Of a stretch of 64,000 nt of DNA, positions 8,187 to 19,593 are shown one piece after another (position 1 is the first letter of the stretch; the number at the start of each line of letters is the position of its first letter). The notes beneath the pieces are model-generated. The model did no database searches. It saw nothing but the letters and a program-made list of their open reading frames with translations, and was not told where the DNA came from. Position numbers and translations under genes: made by a program. Where the stretch lies: assembly GCA_028716245.1 (NCBI GenBank), contig JAQUQW010000003.1:20638-84637 (forward strand), given 5' to 3'. The stretch is from Candidatus Omnitrophota bacterium (GTDB lineage: Bacteria; Omnitrophota; Gorgyraeia; Gygaellales; Profunditerraquicolaceae).

Positions 8187-9920
8187 TTACTGATTATGAA
8201 AAAAATCCCGGTAAGCCTGGCTTTCGGATAAAAGCTGGTCATGGACGCCTGCTTCTATTTTTCCATCCCCTCTTAAAAAATATATCCTATCCGCGTCTTT
8301 TATCGAAAACAGCCGGTGAGAAATAACTAGGGTACTTAAACCCTGCCTCTTTTGCCTCAAAGCCTTGAATAGCCGCTCTTCGGTAAAAGAATCCACGGAA
8401 GAAGTGGCTTCATCAAGAATAAGCAAATGGGGATTTTTTAATATCGCCCGGGCGATAGAAATCCGCTGTTTAAGCCCTTGTGAGAGGCGGCAGGCATCCT
8501 CGCCGATCAAAGTATGATAACCCTGAGGCAATTGACTGATAAAATCGTGAACACAGGCAATTTTGGCCGCCTCGATTATCAATTCTTCTTTAATATTTTT
8601 AAAACCATACCTTATATTTTCTTTTATGGAAACATCAAATAAAAACGGCTGTTGAGTAGCGACAGCTATTCTTTCTCTTAAGGATTTTAATTCTATTTCT
8701 CTCAAGTCCAAACCATCCAAGCATATCCGGCCCGCGTCAGGATCGTATAACCGCAGGATCAGATTAATCAGCGTGGTTTTGCCGCATCCCGAAGGTCCGA
8801 CTATCCCGGTCCATGAACAAGCAGGGATCTTAAAATTAAGCTCATTGATAACGGGTTTTCCATTATACCCAAAACGCACATCTTTAAACAGAATTTCTCC
8901 TTTTATGGCGGGTAATGTTTTTGCTTCTGGCGCGCTTTTTATCAAAGGCCGGGTATTCATAATCTCAAAGAAGTTATTCAGGGAGACCGCTTCCTGCGTA
9001 AGAAAAGCGAAATTGTTGCTCAGAGACCCCAGTAACCCTCCTAACTGAGTAAGATACAGCATAACCGCGGTATAGCTGCCCAGCGTCATTCTTCCTTTAA
9101 TTATCAACCACCCGCCATAAAGAGTGATTGCCCCGTAGATCGCCTTGGTTAAAAAAGACGAACTCAAAGAATTGATTGTGGTCCAGCGAAAACTTTTTAT
9201 CCTCCAGCGGATATTCTCAATCCAAGATCTTAAATAACTCCGCCTTTGATATGACTCCAAGCCGAATGCCTTAATAATCAAAACCCTGGAAAAAGCTTCA
9301 TAAACCTTTTTGGAAACTAAAGCGCTGTATTTCCAGAGCTCTTGATAAATGGGCCTGAGTTTTTTCTGCAGGTAGACACTATGCAGGATAAAGAGAGGGC
9401 TTAGAATAAGCAAAAACACAGTCATCCGGGCATTAATCCAAAACGAAATCCCCAGAATAATGAATAACTTGAAAATATCCACCAAGAGGCGCGGGAACTG
9501 TTCGAGGATAAAGTTGGCAACGTTCTCTACATCGGAAAGCCTGTAAACATTTTCGCCTACGGATTGGGATTGAAAAAAACTTAAATCCAGGGAATAGAAT
9601 TTTCTGATAAACCGGCCGGCTAAATCGAGCTTTAACTTTATGGCTATTTTGTTTTTTATGATATCTTCGGCGGCCTTAACCGATATAGTGAATATGAATA
9701 TCGCCGCTCCCACAATAGACAGGTTCAGGAATTTGTCAAAGTTTCTGGCGATAAACGCCTTGTCGATAAACAACTTGGAAAGATACGGCGTGATCAGCGC
9801 GAGGCTGGAAGAAAAAAGACCCAATAAAAATAATACGAGGATCCGTTTCCGGTAAAAAAATATAAATTTTGCTAGGAGTTGATTATTGCGGAAAAGCTTA
9901 AATCTATTTAAAAATTCCAT
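8187..9920 (-). CDS. ABC exporter, fused permease + ATPase (type I exporter)
   Basis: Six predicted TM helices then Walker A GPSGCGKTT, signature LSQGLKQRISIARA, Walker B LILDEATSSVD. ORF track start is GTG 9935; first ATG at 9920. Confidence 0.85.
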   Translation of the reverse strand: MEFLNRFKLFRNNQLLAKFIFFYRKRILVLFLLGLFSSSLALITPYLSKLFIDKAFIARNFDKFLNLSIVGAAIFIFTISVKAAEDIIKNKIAIKLKLDLAGRFIRKFYSLDLSFFQSQSVGENVYRLSDVENVANFILEQFPRLLVDIFKLFIILGISFWINARMTVFLLILSPLFILHSVYLQKKLRPIYQELWKYSALVSKKVYEAFSRVLIIKAFGLESYQRRSYLRSWIENIRWRIKSFRWTTINSLSSSFLTKAIYGAITLYGGWLIIKGRMTLGSYTAVMLYLTQLGGLLGSLSNNFAFLTQEAVSLNNFFEIMNTRPLIKSAPEAKTLPAIKGEILFKDVRFGYNGKPVINELNFKIPACSWTGIVGPSGCGKTTLINLILRLYDPDAGRICLDGLDLREIELKSLRERIAVATQQPFLFDVSIKENIRYGFKNIKEELIIEAAKIACVHDFISQLPQGYHTLIGEDACRLSQGLKQRISIARAILKNPHLLILDEATSSVDSFTEERLFKALRQKRQGLSTLVISHRLFSIKDADRIYFLRGDGKIEAGVHDQLLSESQAYRDFFHNQ

Positions 9921-9926
9921 ATTTTT

Positions 9927-9932
9927 ATTATA
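9927..9932 (-). promoter_or_regulatory. TATAAT hexamer 6 nt upstream of ABC-exporter ATG (inside the atpC/ABC junction)
   Basis: Minus strand: ...TAA GATGTG TATAAT AAAAAT ATG GAA...; same TATAAT-N6-ATG geometry as at 5359. Confidence 0.25.
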
Positions 9933-9938
9933 CACATC

Positions 9939-10190
9939 TTACTTAAGAAGAATCGTGGCTTTGTTCTGCAGGACCTCAAGATACCCGGTTTGTTTTGTTT
10001 CTATAGCCTTGGTTAGGCCGGTGCTATCCTTAAAAGTAATTACCCCGGGTTTGAGCTTGGCAATCACCGGGGCATGAAACGCTAAAATGCCAAGATAACC
10101 TGATTCCGAAGGAGCCACCAGAGAAACCGCCTCTCCTTCATATATTGTCTTATCGCTGGAATAAATACCGATCTGAAAAATATTAGCCAT
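9939..10190 (-). CDS. atpC: ATP synthase F1 epsilon subunit (short form, N-terminal beta-sandwich only)
   Basis: 83 aa, position after atpD; ...HAPVIAKLKPGVITFKD... typical epsilon N-domain; no C-terminal helical hairpin. Confidence 0.7.
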   Translation of the reverse strand: MANIFQIGIYSSDKTIYEGEAVSLVAPSESGYLGILAFHAPVIAKLKPGVITFKDSTGLTKAIETKQTGYLEVLQNKATILLK

Positions 10191-10193
10191 ATC

Positions 10194-12453
<2,260 letters not shown>

Positions 12454-12459
12454 AATTTT

Positions 12460-13983
12460 TTAAGGTTTAATCAAAAATTCTTTTTTAAAATCAGCAATTA
12501 AATTATCCAACTTGTTTTTCAGGTTTAAATCCAATTCATTCTTTGAAGTAATCTCCGCTTGAATTTCCGGATATTTCTGCTCGATAAATTTATAAAGCTG
12601 GCTCTCAAACCTCTTAACCGCGACAAGAGGCAGGTCATCCAAATACCCGTTGGTGCCGGCGTAAATAATAATTATCTGTTTTGCTGTTGCCAAAGGCTCA
12701 TACTGCACTTGCTTTAATACCTCCACCATCCTTTCGCCGCGGGTTAGCTGAGCGCGCGTAGTTTTATCCAGATCCGTGCCGAATTGCGTAAAGGTTACCA
12801 GTTCCCGGTACTGCGCAAGATCCAACCGGAGTTTTGAAGCCACCTGGCGCATCGCCTTGCTCTGTGCCTTGCCTCCCACGCGGGAAACCGATAATCCCAC
12901 ATTTACCGCGGGCCGCACACCGGCATAAAATAGATCGCTTTCCAGATAGATCTGTCCGTCAGTAATCGAAATTACGTTGGTGGGGATATAACTTGAAATA
13001 TCTCCGGCCTGAGTTTCAATAATTGGAATCGCCGTTATTGAGCCTGCCCCCAGTTGATCGTTTAATTTTGCGGCTCGCTCAAGCAGCCGCGAATGTAAAT
13101 AGAAGATATCGCCCGGATAAGCTTCTCTTCCCGGAGGCCTCCTTAAAAGTAAAGATAACTGCCGGTAAGCCTGGGCGTGTTTGGATAAGTCATCGTAAAT
13201 TACCAGGACGTGCTTTCCGGCATACATAAATTCTTCGGCCATAGCGGTGGCCGCGTAAGGAGCAAGATACTGCAGGCTTGCCGAAGCCCGGCTGGAAGCG
13301 CTGACAATCGTAGTGTAATCCATTGCCCCGTGTTTTTTAAGTACTTCACTTACCGCCACCACACTGGATAACTTTTGGCCGATCGCGCAATAAATACAAT
13401 AAACATCCTTGCCTTTTTGATTAATAATCGTATCGATGGCAATGGCGGTTTTTCCGGTTTGGCGGTCTCCGATAATCAACTCGCGCTGGCCACGGCCGAT
13501 AGGGGTCATCGTATCAATAGCCTTTATCCCGGTCTGCAATGGTTCTTTTACCGGCTGCCTCTGGACCACATTAGGGGCAGAGGATTCCAGCGGCCGCGCC
13601 GATTGCGTATTGACCTGGCCTTTACCGTCGATTGGCCGGCCTAAGGCATTGACTACCCTGCCAACCAAAGCTTCACCTACAGGAACCTGCACAATCTTAC
13701 CTGTACGTTTGACAATATCCCCTTCGCGGATATTTTTATCCGGGTTGTCCGTGCCAAAAATTACTACCCCGACGCTATCCTCCTCCAAGTTTAAAACCAT
13801 CCCCATGATATTATCGGAAAACTGGACCAATTCTCCCATCATTACATCATCCAAACCGTAAATACGCGCGATGGTATCCCCCACCTGGATAACTGTGCCG
13901 ATAGACTCGGTACGCAGGCGCGTCTTATATTTTTCTAACTCCTTCTTAATTATTGAAGTAACCTCTTCCGGTTTTAAAACCAT
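12460..13983 (-). CDS. atpA: ATP synthase F1 alpha subunit
   Basis: 507 aa; [10 protein letters not shown]-loop; AtpA-like throughout. Confidence 0.95.
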   Translation of the reverse strand: MVLKPEEVTSIIKKELEKYKTRLRTESIGTVIQVGDTIARIYGLDDVMMGELVQFSDNIMGMVLNLEEDSVGVVIFGTDNPDKNIREGDIVKRTGKIVQVPVGEALVGRVVNALGRPIDGKGQVNTQSARPLESSAPNVVQRQPVKEPLQTGIKAIDTMTPIGRGQRELIIGDRQTGKTAIAIDTIINQKGKDVYCIYCAIGQKLSSVVAVSEVLKKHGAMDYTTIVSASSRASASLQYLAPYAATAMAEEFMYAGKHVLVIYDDLSKHAQAYRQLSLLLRRPPGREAYPGDIFYLHSRLLERAAKLNDQLGAGSITAIPIIETQAGDISSYIPTNVISITDGQIYLESDLFYAGVRPAVNVGLSVSRVGGKAQSKAMRQVASKLRLDLAQYRELVTFTQFGTDLDKTTRAQLTRGERMVEVLKQVQYEPLATAKQIIIIYAGTNGYLDDLPLVAVKRFESQLYKFIEQKYPEIQAEITSKNELDLNLKNKLDNLIADFKKEFLIKP

Positions 13984-13984
13984 A

Positions 13985-14533
13985 TCAATCCATCCTTACT
14001 GTAGTAAGCCTCTCTCTTAGGCCCTCGAGGCGTTTTTTTACCGAACCGTCAATAATAGTATTACCGATAATTATCTGGACTCCTCCTAACAAACTGCCGT
14101 CTAAATTTATATAAAATCTTAGGTCCTGTTTAAATTTTTTCTTTAAAGCCGCCTCTATTCTTCTAATCAGATCCAGATCCAACGGGAAAGCAGTCTTAAG
14201 CAGCACATCAACCTGCCCTTGATGGCTGTATTTTGCACGTAAGTACTCGGCAACATCCAAGAAGATATTGAAACGTTTTTTTTCAAGAAGGAGCTTTAAT
14301 AAATTACGCATCTCATCAGCAACACCGTCCTTGATTACTCCATCGATAATCAGGCACTTCTCAAGGTAAGAGATCTCCGGATTATCCAGCAACTGGCCAA
14401 ACCCCGGATTATCGCGGATAATATTCTTTACAATTACCAGATCCTCCAGGGCTTTATCTGTTCCGCAATTGGCCTTAGCAAAACTTAAGAAAGCTTCGGC
14501 ATACCTGCTGACCACTGCTTTATCTTTGATCAT
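13985..14533 (-). CDS. atpH: ATP synthase delta (OSCP) subunit
   Basis: 182 aa, operon position, OSCP-like. Confidence 0.8.
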   Translation of the reverse strand: MIKDKAVVSRYAEAFLSFAKANCGTDKALEDLVIVKNIIRDNPGFGQLLDNPEISYLEKCLIIDGVIKDGVADEMRNLLKLLLEKKRFNIFLDVAEYLRAKYSHQGQVDVLLKTAFPLDLDLIRRIEAALKKKFKQDLRFYINLDGSLLGGVQIIIGNTIIDGSVKKRLEGLRERLTTVRMD

Positions 14534-15027
14534 TCCACTTTCTCAATTTCTTTAATAAAATTTTCCACTATTTTGCGGTCACCGTCTTCAGTGAGCCTCT
14601 CCTGGATTACGCTTTTAGCAGCGCCCAGGGCAATATCCACAATCTTATCCTTGAGCTGTTCCTGAACCTTAGAGACCTCGTATTTTACCTGATTGCGCGC
14701 ATCGGTAATAATGTCCTGCGCCTCCTCATAAGCCTTCTTGCGCATTTGGGAATTTATCTCCTTACCTTCTTCAATGGCCTCCTTAATCTTTGCCTGCGCT
14801 TGATCGGCAATTAAAGAAATCTTAGCCTCATAATCAGACTTAAGCTTGGCAATCTCAAGCTTAGAATTCTCTATCTCACCAAGCTCAGAGCTAATTTTTT
14901 CCCTGCGCTGGTCCAGGAGACCAAGGATTTTCTTCCAGGCAAAATGCTTGAGCAGAAATAACAGCAGAAAAAAACTTAAAATTTGGGCAAAAATCTCATT
15001 TGCGCTGAGCATCTTCAATAATTCCAC
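14530..15027 (-). CDS. atpF: ATP synthase Fo b subunit
   Basis: 165 aa, N-terminal TM then long charged coiled coil. Confidence 0.75.
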   Translation of the reverse strand: MELLKMLSANEIFAQILSFFLLLFLLKHFAWKKILGLLDQRREKISSELGEIENSKLEIAKLKSDYEAKISLIADQAQAKIKEAIEEGKEINSQMRKKAYEEAQDIITDARNQVKYEVSKVQEQLKDKIVDIALGAAKSVIQERLTEDGDRKIVENFIKEIEKVE

Positions 15028-15045
15028 CTGACTATTCCTTTCCGA

Positions 15046-15273
15046 TTATTTTCCGGCGTACATAAAAGCAAAAACCAAGACATAAATGGTAATTGCTTCG
15101 ATAAAAGCGCAACCGATAATCATATTCATCATGATCTTATTGGTTGCCTCCGGCTGCCTACCGATCGCCCCCAATGCCGCAGCTACCGCTATACCTAAAC
15201 CGAGCGCTGAACCTAATGCTGCTAAGCCCAGCGACAAAGGAACGCCTAAATCTAAAGCTGCTTTAAAATCCAT
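15046..15273 (-). CDS. atpE: ATP synthase Fo c subunit
   Basis: 75 aa hairpin proteolipid, conserved Glu (AFIEAITIY). Confidence 0.85.
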   Translation of the reverse strand: MDFKAALDLGVPLSLGLAALGSALGLGIAVAAALGAIGRQPEATNKIMMNMIIGCAFIEAITIYVLVFAFMYAGK

Positions 15274-15288
15274 TTCATCCTCCTTTTA

Positions 15289-16041
15289 TTATACAGTTTC
15301 TTCTTCGTGAATTAATACCAGTGCAAAATATATTGTCGTTAACAAAGTAAAAACTACTGCCTGAACAATTGCGGTTAATACCGCCATCGACATATTAAAA
15401 AATAAAATCGGAAATCCTTTAATGCCAAAACCGGAAAGCAAACCGATTAAAACCTCATCCCCCCAAATATTTCCCCGCAGACGCAGAGATAAGCTTAACG
15501 GGCGAATAAGCTCGGTAATAATGTGCAAAAAAAACATAAATAACGGCAAAATAACCGTAAAGGCCAATACGCCCCGCGGCTTGCCGGCCAAGTGGTCCAC
15601 ATACCCTAGAAAGCCCATCTCTTTTACCGCGGTATATTGCACATAAAAAAATACGCACAGTGACAAGGCCAGCGTCGTGGACCAGCTGGCGGTGGAGGCT
15701 TTTACAAACGGAATAAGCCCGGAAAGATTCATAAAAAGTATATAAACAAAGAGTGTGCCGATAAAAGGAGTATATTTTCTGCCCTTAGGCCCCAGGATCC
15801 CGCAAATAAAATCATTCAGCCCTCCCACAACCACCTCAGCGCAGTTTTGAAGGCGTCCGGGAATCAAATTATTCTTTCTGGAAGCAAAATAAGCCAGGAT
15901 ACCCAACACCAAAACAATAACCAGGGAATAACTGACATGCTCCCAGAGATGAATAAATTTAAATAACGGATTTGCCGGAAACTTCTCGGCTAATACGGCA
16001 AAAATATCCGGCAGCTCTGGGGCGGCGATATTCTGGCTCAT
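15289..16041 (-). CDS. atpB: ATP synthase Fo a subunit
   Basis: 250 aa polytopic; conserved Arg region LSLSLRLRGNIWGDE. Confidence 0.85.
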   Translation of the reverse strand: MSQNIAAPELPDIFAVLAEKFPANPLFKFIHLWEHVSYSLVIVLVLGILAYFASRKNNLIPGRLQNCAEVVVGGLNDFICGILGPKGRKYTPFIGTLFVYILFMNLSGLIPFVKASTASWSTTLALSLCVFFYVQYTAVKEMGFLGYVDHLAGKPRGVLAFTVILPLFMFFLHIITELIRPLSLSLRLRGNIWGDEVLIGLLSGFGIKGFPILFFNMSMAVLTAIVQAVVFTLLTTIYFALVLIHEEETV

Positions 16042-16268
16042 TTCTTATTCATCCTGGCTACCATTTTTAAAATCCTGATCATCTCCATTACTCCGGCTAT
16101 AAAACCAATGGCAACACTCAATAAAACTACATGGGGAGACAGGTTAAATTTCTTTTGTATAAAATCCCCCACAAAGTAACCTGAAAGCGGGCCGACTGCC
16201 AGCATAAATGGGATAAAAGTGACAAAGCCCACAGTTTTTACCCCTTTATAAAAATTTTCTTTACGCAT
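16038..16268 (-). CDS. small two-TM protein at head of atp operon (AtpZ / ATPase_gene1-like)
   Basis: 76 aa, two hydrophobic helices, first gene of the atp operon; weak or no SD. Confidence 0.4.
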   Translation of the reverse strand: MRKENFYKGVKTVGFVTFIPFMLAVGPLSGYFVGDFIQKKFNLSPHVVLLSVAIGFIAGVMEMIRILKMVARMNKK

Positions 16269-16280
16269 AAACTACTGATA

Positions 16281-16322
16281 AAAAAATTGACGTCTGCTAT
16301 CCACTATCGGATTTAGGACGTC
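16281..16322 (-). terminator. hairpin GACGUC-(22 nt)-GACGUC followed by U7 in the atp operon leader
   Basis: Inverted GACGTC hexamers at 16289..16294 and 16317..16322; A-run 16281..16287 on plus strand = U-run on minus strand; lies between the putative promoter and the atpZ-like start. Confidence 0.3.
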
Positions 16323-16365
16323 TTCATTTTCCTAACTACTGCTAACACCTCTGTAAGTTCATATT

Positions 16366-16393
16366 ATGATAACATAAAATCGAGGTTTGTCAA
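16366..16393 (-). promoter_or_regulatory. putative sigma70-type promoter of atp operon (-35 TTGACA, 16-nt spacer, -10 TATCAT)
   Basis: Plus-strand tgtcaa 16388..16393 and atgata 16366..16371 read as TTGACA-N16-TATCAT on minus strand; ~95 nt upstream of first atp gene. Confidence 0.3.
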
Positions 16394-16400
16394 TTACTCT

Positions 16401-16805
16401 TTATTCAGTTCTAGTGGCGATATTTAAGTTCTGTATACCCAGTTCATTAAAGATATCCAACAGATTGACTATATCCTTGAACCTGACCATTTTATCCGAA
16501 AACAAAATTACCTCTAAGCCGGGATTATCCCGATGGATCCTGGAAACTTCTGCCTTAAGGCTTTTGCGGGAGGTAAGTTTATTATCCAGATAGATCAACC
16601 CTTCATTGGTCACCGTAATACTGATCTGCCGGTTCTCCTGCATCGGGCTTCCCGTCGCCGAACTGGGCAAACTAACCCGGATATTCGATTGCAGGATGAG
16701 TGGAGTAGTAATCATGAATATGATCAAAAGCACCAAGATCACATCCGTAAACGGAGTAATATTTATTTCGGCGATCAGTTTTTGTTTTCTGGCAGGAGGC
16801 CTCAT
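16401..16805 (-). CDS. exbD: ExbD/TolR biopolymer transport protein
   Basis: 134 aa; N-terminal TM, INITPFTDVILVLLIIFM motif. Confidence 0.8.
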   Translation of the reverse strand: MRPPARKQKLIAEINITPFTDVILVLLIIFMITTPLILQSNIRVSLPSSATGSPMQENRQISITVTNEGLIYLDNKLTSRKSLKAEVSRIHRDNPGLEVILFSDKMVRFKDIVNLLDIFNELGIQNLNIATRTE

Positions 16806-17419
16806 TTTTTTATCGCGCTCACCAAATCCATGGTTTCAGAAGCGGCTAATTCCATATCTTTGATAAAATCATCGATTTTTTTCATAAAATAATTGTAGGC
16901 AACCACTGCGGGCACAGCCACGCAGAGGCCGGCGGCAGTACAAGCCAGGGCTTCGGATATCCCGCTGATGACCACGCTTATTCCTCCTGAGCCGCTGGCG
17001 GAGATATCGTGAAAAGCCCGGATAATGCCTAAAACTGTCCCGAATAACCCGATATAGACAGCGACGCTGCCGATAGTGCCGATTATAGCGGTAAAACGTT
17101 CAAGTATCGTGGTCTCAATAATGACCTGGCGCTCCATATTATTGGAGGCCTCTTTCTCGCTGCAGTCAAAAAAACTTAAGCCCGCATAAACTACCTGGGC
17201 AAAAGGAGCCGGGCTGTCTTTACATATTTTAACCGCCGAATTCAGGCTTCCTTTTTTAATCTCTTGGCGGATCTTGAGCATGAAATCTTTGCGTTTTAAC
17301 CTGGATTTCAGGCGATAAAAAATAATTCTTTCCAGGATAATGGCAACCGACAAAACCGATGCAGCCAAAAGTATGATCATGGTAAAACCGCCGACTTTGA
17401 TTAATCCCCAGATATTCAT
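16802..17419 (-). CDS. exbB: MotA/TolQ/ExbB proton channel
   Basis: 205 aa, 3 TM, conserved C-terminal region; overlaps exbD start by 4 nt. Confidence 0.8.
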   Translation of the reverse strand: MNIWGLIKVGGFTMIILLAASVLSVAIILERIIFYRLKSRLKRKDFMLKIRQEIKKGSLNSAVKICKDSPAPFAQVVYAGLSFFDCSEKEASNNMERQVIIETTILERFTAIIGTIGSVAVYIGLFGTVLGIIRAFHDISASGSGGISVVISGISEALACTAAGLCVAVPAVVAYNYFMKKIDDFIKDMELAASETMDLVSAIKK

Positions 17420-17487
17420 GATGAAAATCCTCCTGTTTACTAAAATAAGGATAGAAAATAATCGTTATTGGAGATAATATAGCACAA

Positions 17488-17826
17488 CTAAGATTTAAAT
17501 ACCACTTTTTCGATATGTATTTGCCGGTTTGCCGCAGAACGCTGGCCTCCCCCGGCACATTTGGGGCAGAGAAAACTTTTATTTATGCGTTCAAAATCCA
17601 AATTACATTTAGGACAATATAATTTTGTCTCTACCGGGTGAACGGATAATTCGACATCTTTAAGCCGGCTATCTTTTTCTCTAATCTCATCAAAATAAAG
17701 TTTGATGGCATCCGGATCCAAACCGCTGGAATCACTAACCGACAAAATAATTTCCAAGACTTCTTTTCCTTTGCCTTGAGTTAAAGCGTCCCGGATAATC
17801 TTCTCAACAAGATGATACTCATGCAC
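17488..17826 (-). CDS. hypA: hydrogenase nickel-insertion protein HypA
   Basis: 112 aa; MHEYHLVEKII N-terminus, two CxxC pairs (CPKC...CPKC). Confidence 0.75.
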   Translation of the reverse strand: MHEYHLVEKIIRDALTQGKGKEVLEIILSVSDSSGLDPDAIKLYFDEIREKDSRLKDVELSVHPVETKLYCPKCNLDFERINKSFLCPKCAGGGQRSAANRQIHIEKVVFKS

Positions 17827-18175
17827 GCCTAAAAACCTCCTCCTCCCGGATTTGAGTAGAGGCAGAATAGGTGTTCTTCATCGATAAACATTTTACCGGA
17901 CAGATCTCCGGGCAATAGCCGCAGGAAACGCAACGCAAGCGATCAATCTTCCATTGCTTATCCGCCTTGGTTACGGTAATTGCCTGGGCAGGGCATTTCC
18001 TCTGGCACATACCGCAATAGATACACTTATTTATATCTATGGTAATGCTGCCGCGCGTATTCTTATAGTAAGTTTTAGGCACAAAAGGATAGCGAAAGGT
18101 TGCCGGCTTGGCGCACAAACTCTTTAAAACCTTTTTGGCCATCACGAATATCTTCATTCTTATCGCTCCGTACAA
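17819..18175 (-). CDS. echF: Ech hydrogenase 2x[4Fe-4S] ferredoxin subunit (NuoI-like)
   Basis: CIYCGMCQRKCP and CVSCGYCPEICP motifs. Confidence 0.8.
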   Translation of the reverse strand: MYGAIRMKIFVMAKKVLKSLCAKPATFRYPFVPKTYYKNTRGSITIDINKCIYCGMCQRKCPAQAITVTKADKQWKIDRLRCVSCGYCPEICPVKCLSMKNTYSASTQIREEEVFRRA

Positions 18176-19245
18176 CTTATACAGGGATCAATGGTCAAAA
18201 CTAAAATCGGCACATCCGCCAGCTGGCATCCCGGCAATAATTTAACCATCGCCGGCACATTGGCAAATGTGGGAGTGCGCACCCTTAGGCGCTGGAGCAA
18301 CCGCGAACCGTCCGCCTTGGCGTAATAAATTACCTCGCCCCGCGGCTGTTCAGTGCGGGCAAAAAATTCACCGTTTGGCGTGCCGGTCACTTTAACTTCA
18401 ATATCCCCAGGTTGGATTTTTCCAACTGCCTGCTTAATCATGTCGATAGATTGAAAAATTTCCCGTATCCTTACCCGGCAGCGGCTATAACTATCCCCGG
18501 CTGTCTCGGTGATCGGCTCAAAATCAATTTCTTTATAAACAGCATAACCTAATTTACGCGTATCTAAACTGACCCCGCTGGCCCTCAGTGTCGGACCGAC
18601 TGCCCCTAAAATATAGGCATCTTCCTTGCTTAATACGCCGACCCCCACTAAACGGTGTTTAACTGAACTGTCATTTATAAAAACATTGGTAATCTCTCTG
18701 ATTTCTTTGGCGTAATTTTCTAATTTTGCCGTTATCTCTGCTAATTTTTCCGGAGAGATATCTTTTCTTACTCCGCCGATTTTGGCTGAACCAAAGATCA
18801 CTCTGCCTCCGGTAGTCTCTTCGATAATATCCAGGATCTTTTCTCTCAATCTCCAGGTGTGCATAAACAGGGCTTCAAAACCAAAACCATCGGCCATTAA
18901 TCCCAGCCATAAAAGATGGCTGTGGATCCGCGATAACTCCGACCAAATTACGCGCAAGTAATTGGCCCGCTTAGGCACCTCTATCTGCATGATCTCTTCA
19001 ATCGCAATGCAATATGTCAGGCCGTGGATAAAACTGCAGATGCCGCAAATCCTTTCGGCAACATAAACAAAATCGATGAAATCCCTCTTCTCTACTAACC
19101 TCTCAAGCCCGCGATGGATAAATCCCAGCGAAGGAATCGCCTCGATTACCTTTTCATCCTCAACCACCAGATCCAAGTGGATCGGTTCAGGCAACACCGG
19201 GTGCTGCGGGCCAAAAGGTATAATTGTCCTCTTAGGGCTGTTCAT
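18160..19245 (-). CDS. echE: group-4 [NiFe] hydrogenase large subunit (NuoD-like)
   Basis: N-terminal RICGICSFIH and C-terminal DPCISCTER Ni-Fe ligand motifs; 361 aa. Confidence 0.85.
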   Translation of the reverse strand: MNSPKRTIIPFGPQHPVLPEPIHLDLVVEDEKVIEAIPSLGFIHRGLERLVEKRDFIDFVYVAERICGICSFIHGLTYCIAIEEIMQIEVPKRANYLRVIWSELSRIHSHLLWLGLMADGFGFEALFMHTWRLREKILDIIEETTGGRVIFGSAKIGGVRKDISPEKLAEITAKLENYAKEIREITNVFINDSSVKHRLVGVGVLSKEDAYILGAVGPTLRASGVSLDTRKLGYAVYKEIDFEPITETAGDSYSRCRVRIREIFQSIDMIKQAVGKIQPGDIEVKVTGTPNGEFFARTEQPRGEVIYYAKADGSRLLQRLRVRTPTFANVPAMVKLLPGCQLADVPILVLTIDPCISCTER

Positions 19246-19591
19246 TTTGCGGATTGAACCCTCTCTTTATAGAAGTACGGTAAAAATTACCTTTATAGTC
19301 TAAGGCGATGTCCTTAAATTTTACGCCGAATAAATCATGAATTTCGTTTTCATATAAAAAAGCGCACCAGTAAATACTGCTTATACTGGGAACCTCAATA
19401 TTTAAATCCACAAGTTTGATCTTAACATTGGTAAAATGATACCCCTTATCAAAAGAGTAGTTTATCTCCAGGCACTCCGGTAGCTTGGTAGCCCCGATCT
19501 GCACCAAGCGGTGGCCGGATTTACAAAAATCTACGGCCTGGCTTAACAAATCCTTAATCTCGATATTAATTAATTTCTGCTCTTCGATCAT
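19232..19591 (-). CDS. echD: Ech hydrogenase NuoC-like subunit
   Basis: 119 aa, position between small and large subunit genes. Confidence 0.6.
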   Translation of the reverse strand: MIEEQKLINIEIKDLLSQAVDFCKSGHRLVQIGATKLPECLEINYSFDKGYHFTNVKIKLVDLNIEVPSISSIYWCAFLYENEIHDLFGVKFKDIALDYKGNFYRTSIKRGFNPQNEQP

Positions 19592-19593
19592 CT

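Noticed and set aside
1-9935. Calling the cluster a lasso-peptide cluster
   Set aside because: No asparagine-synthetase-like cyclase is present in the window. The precursor has no Asp and a single Glu placed inconsistently with a 7-9-residue macrolactam. Two rSAM/SPASM enzymes are not part of lasso biosynthesis. Only the accessory genes are lasso-like.
17256-17558. Minus-strand 100-aa ORF spanning the tolQ start and hypA end
   Set aside because: Different frame overlapping two well-supported genes and their intergenic SD; no motif.
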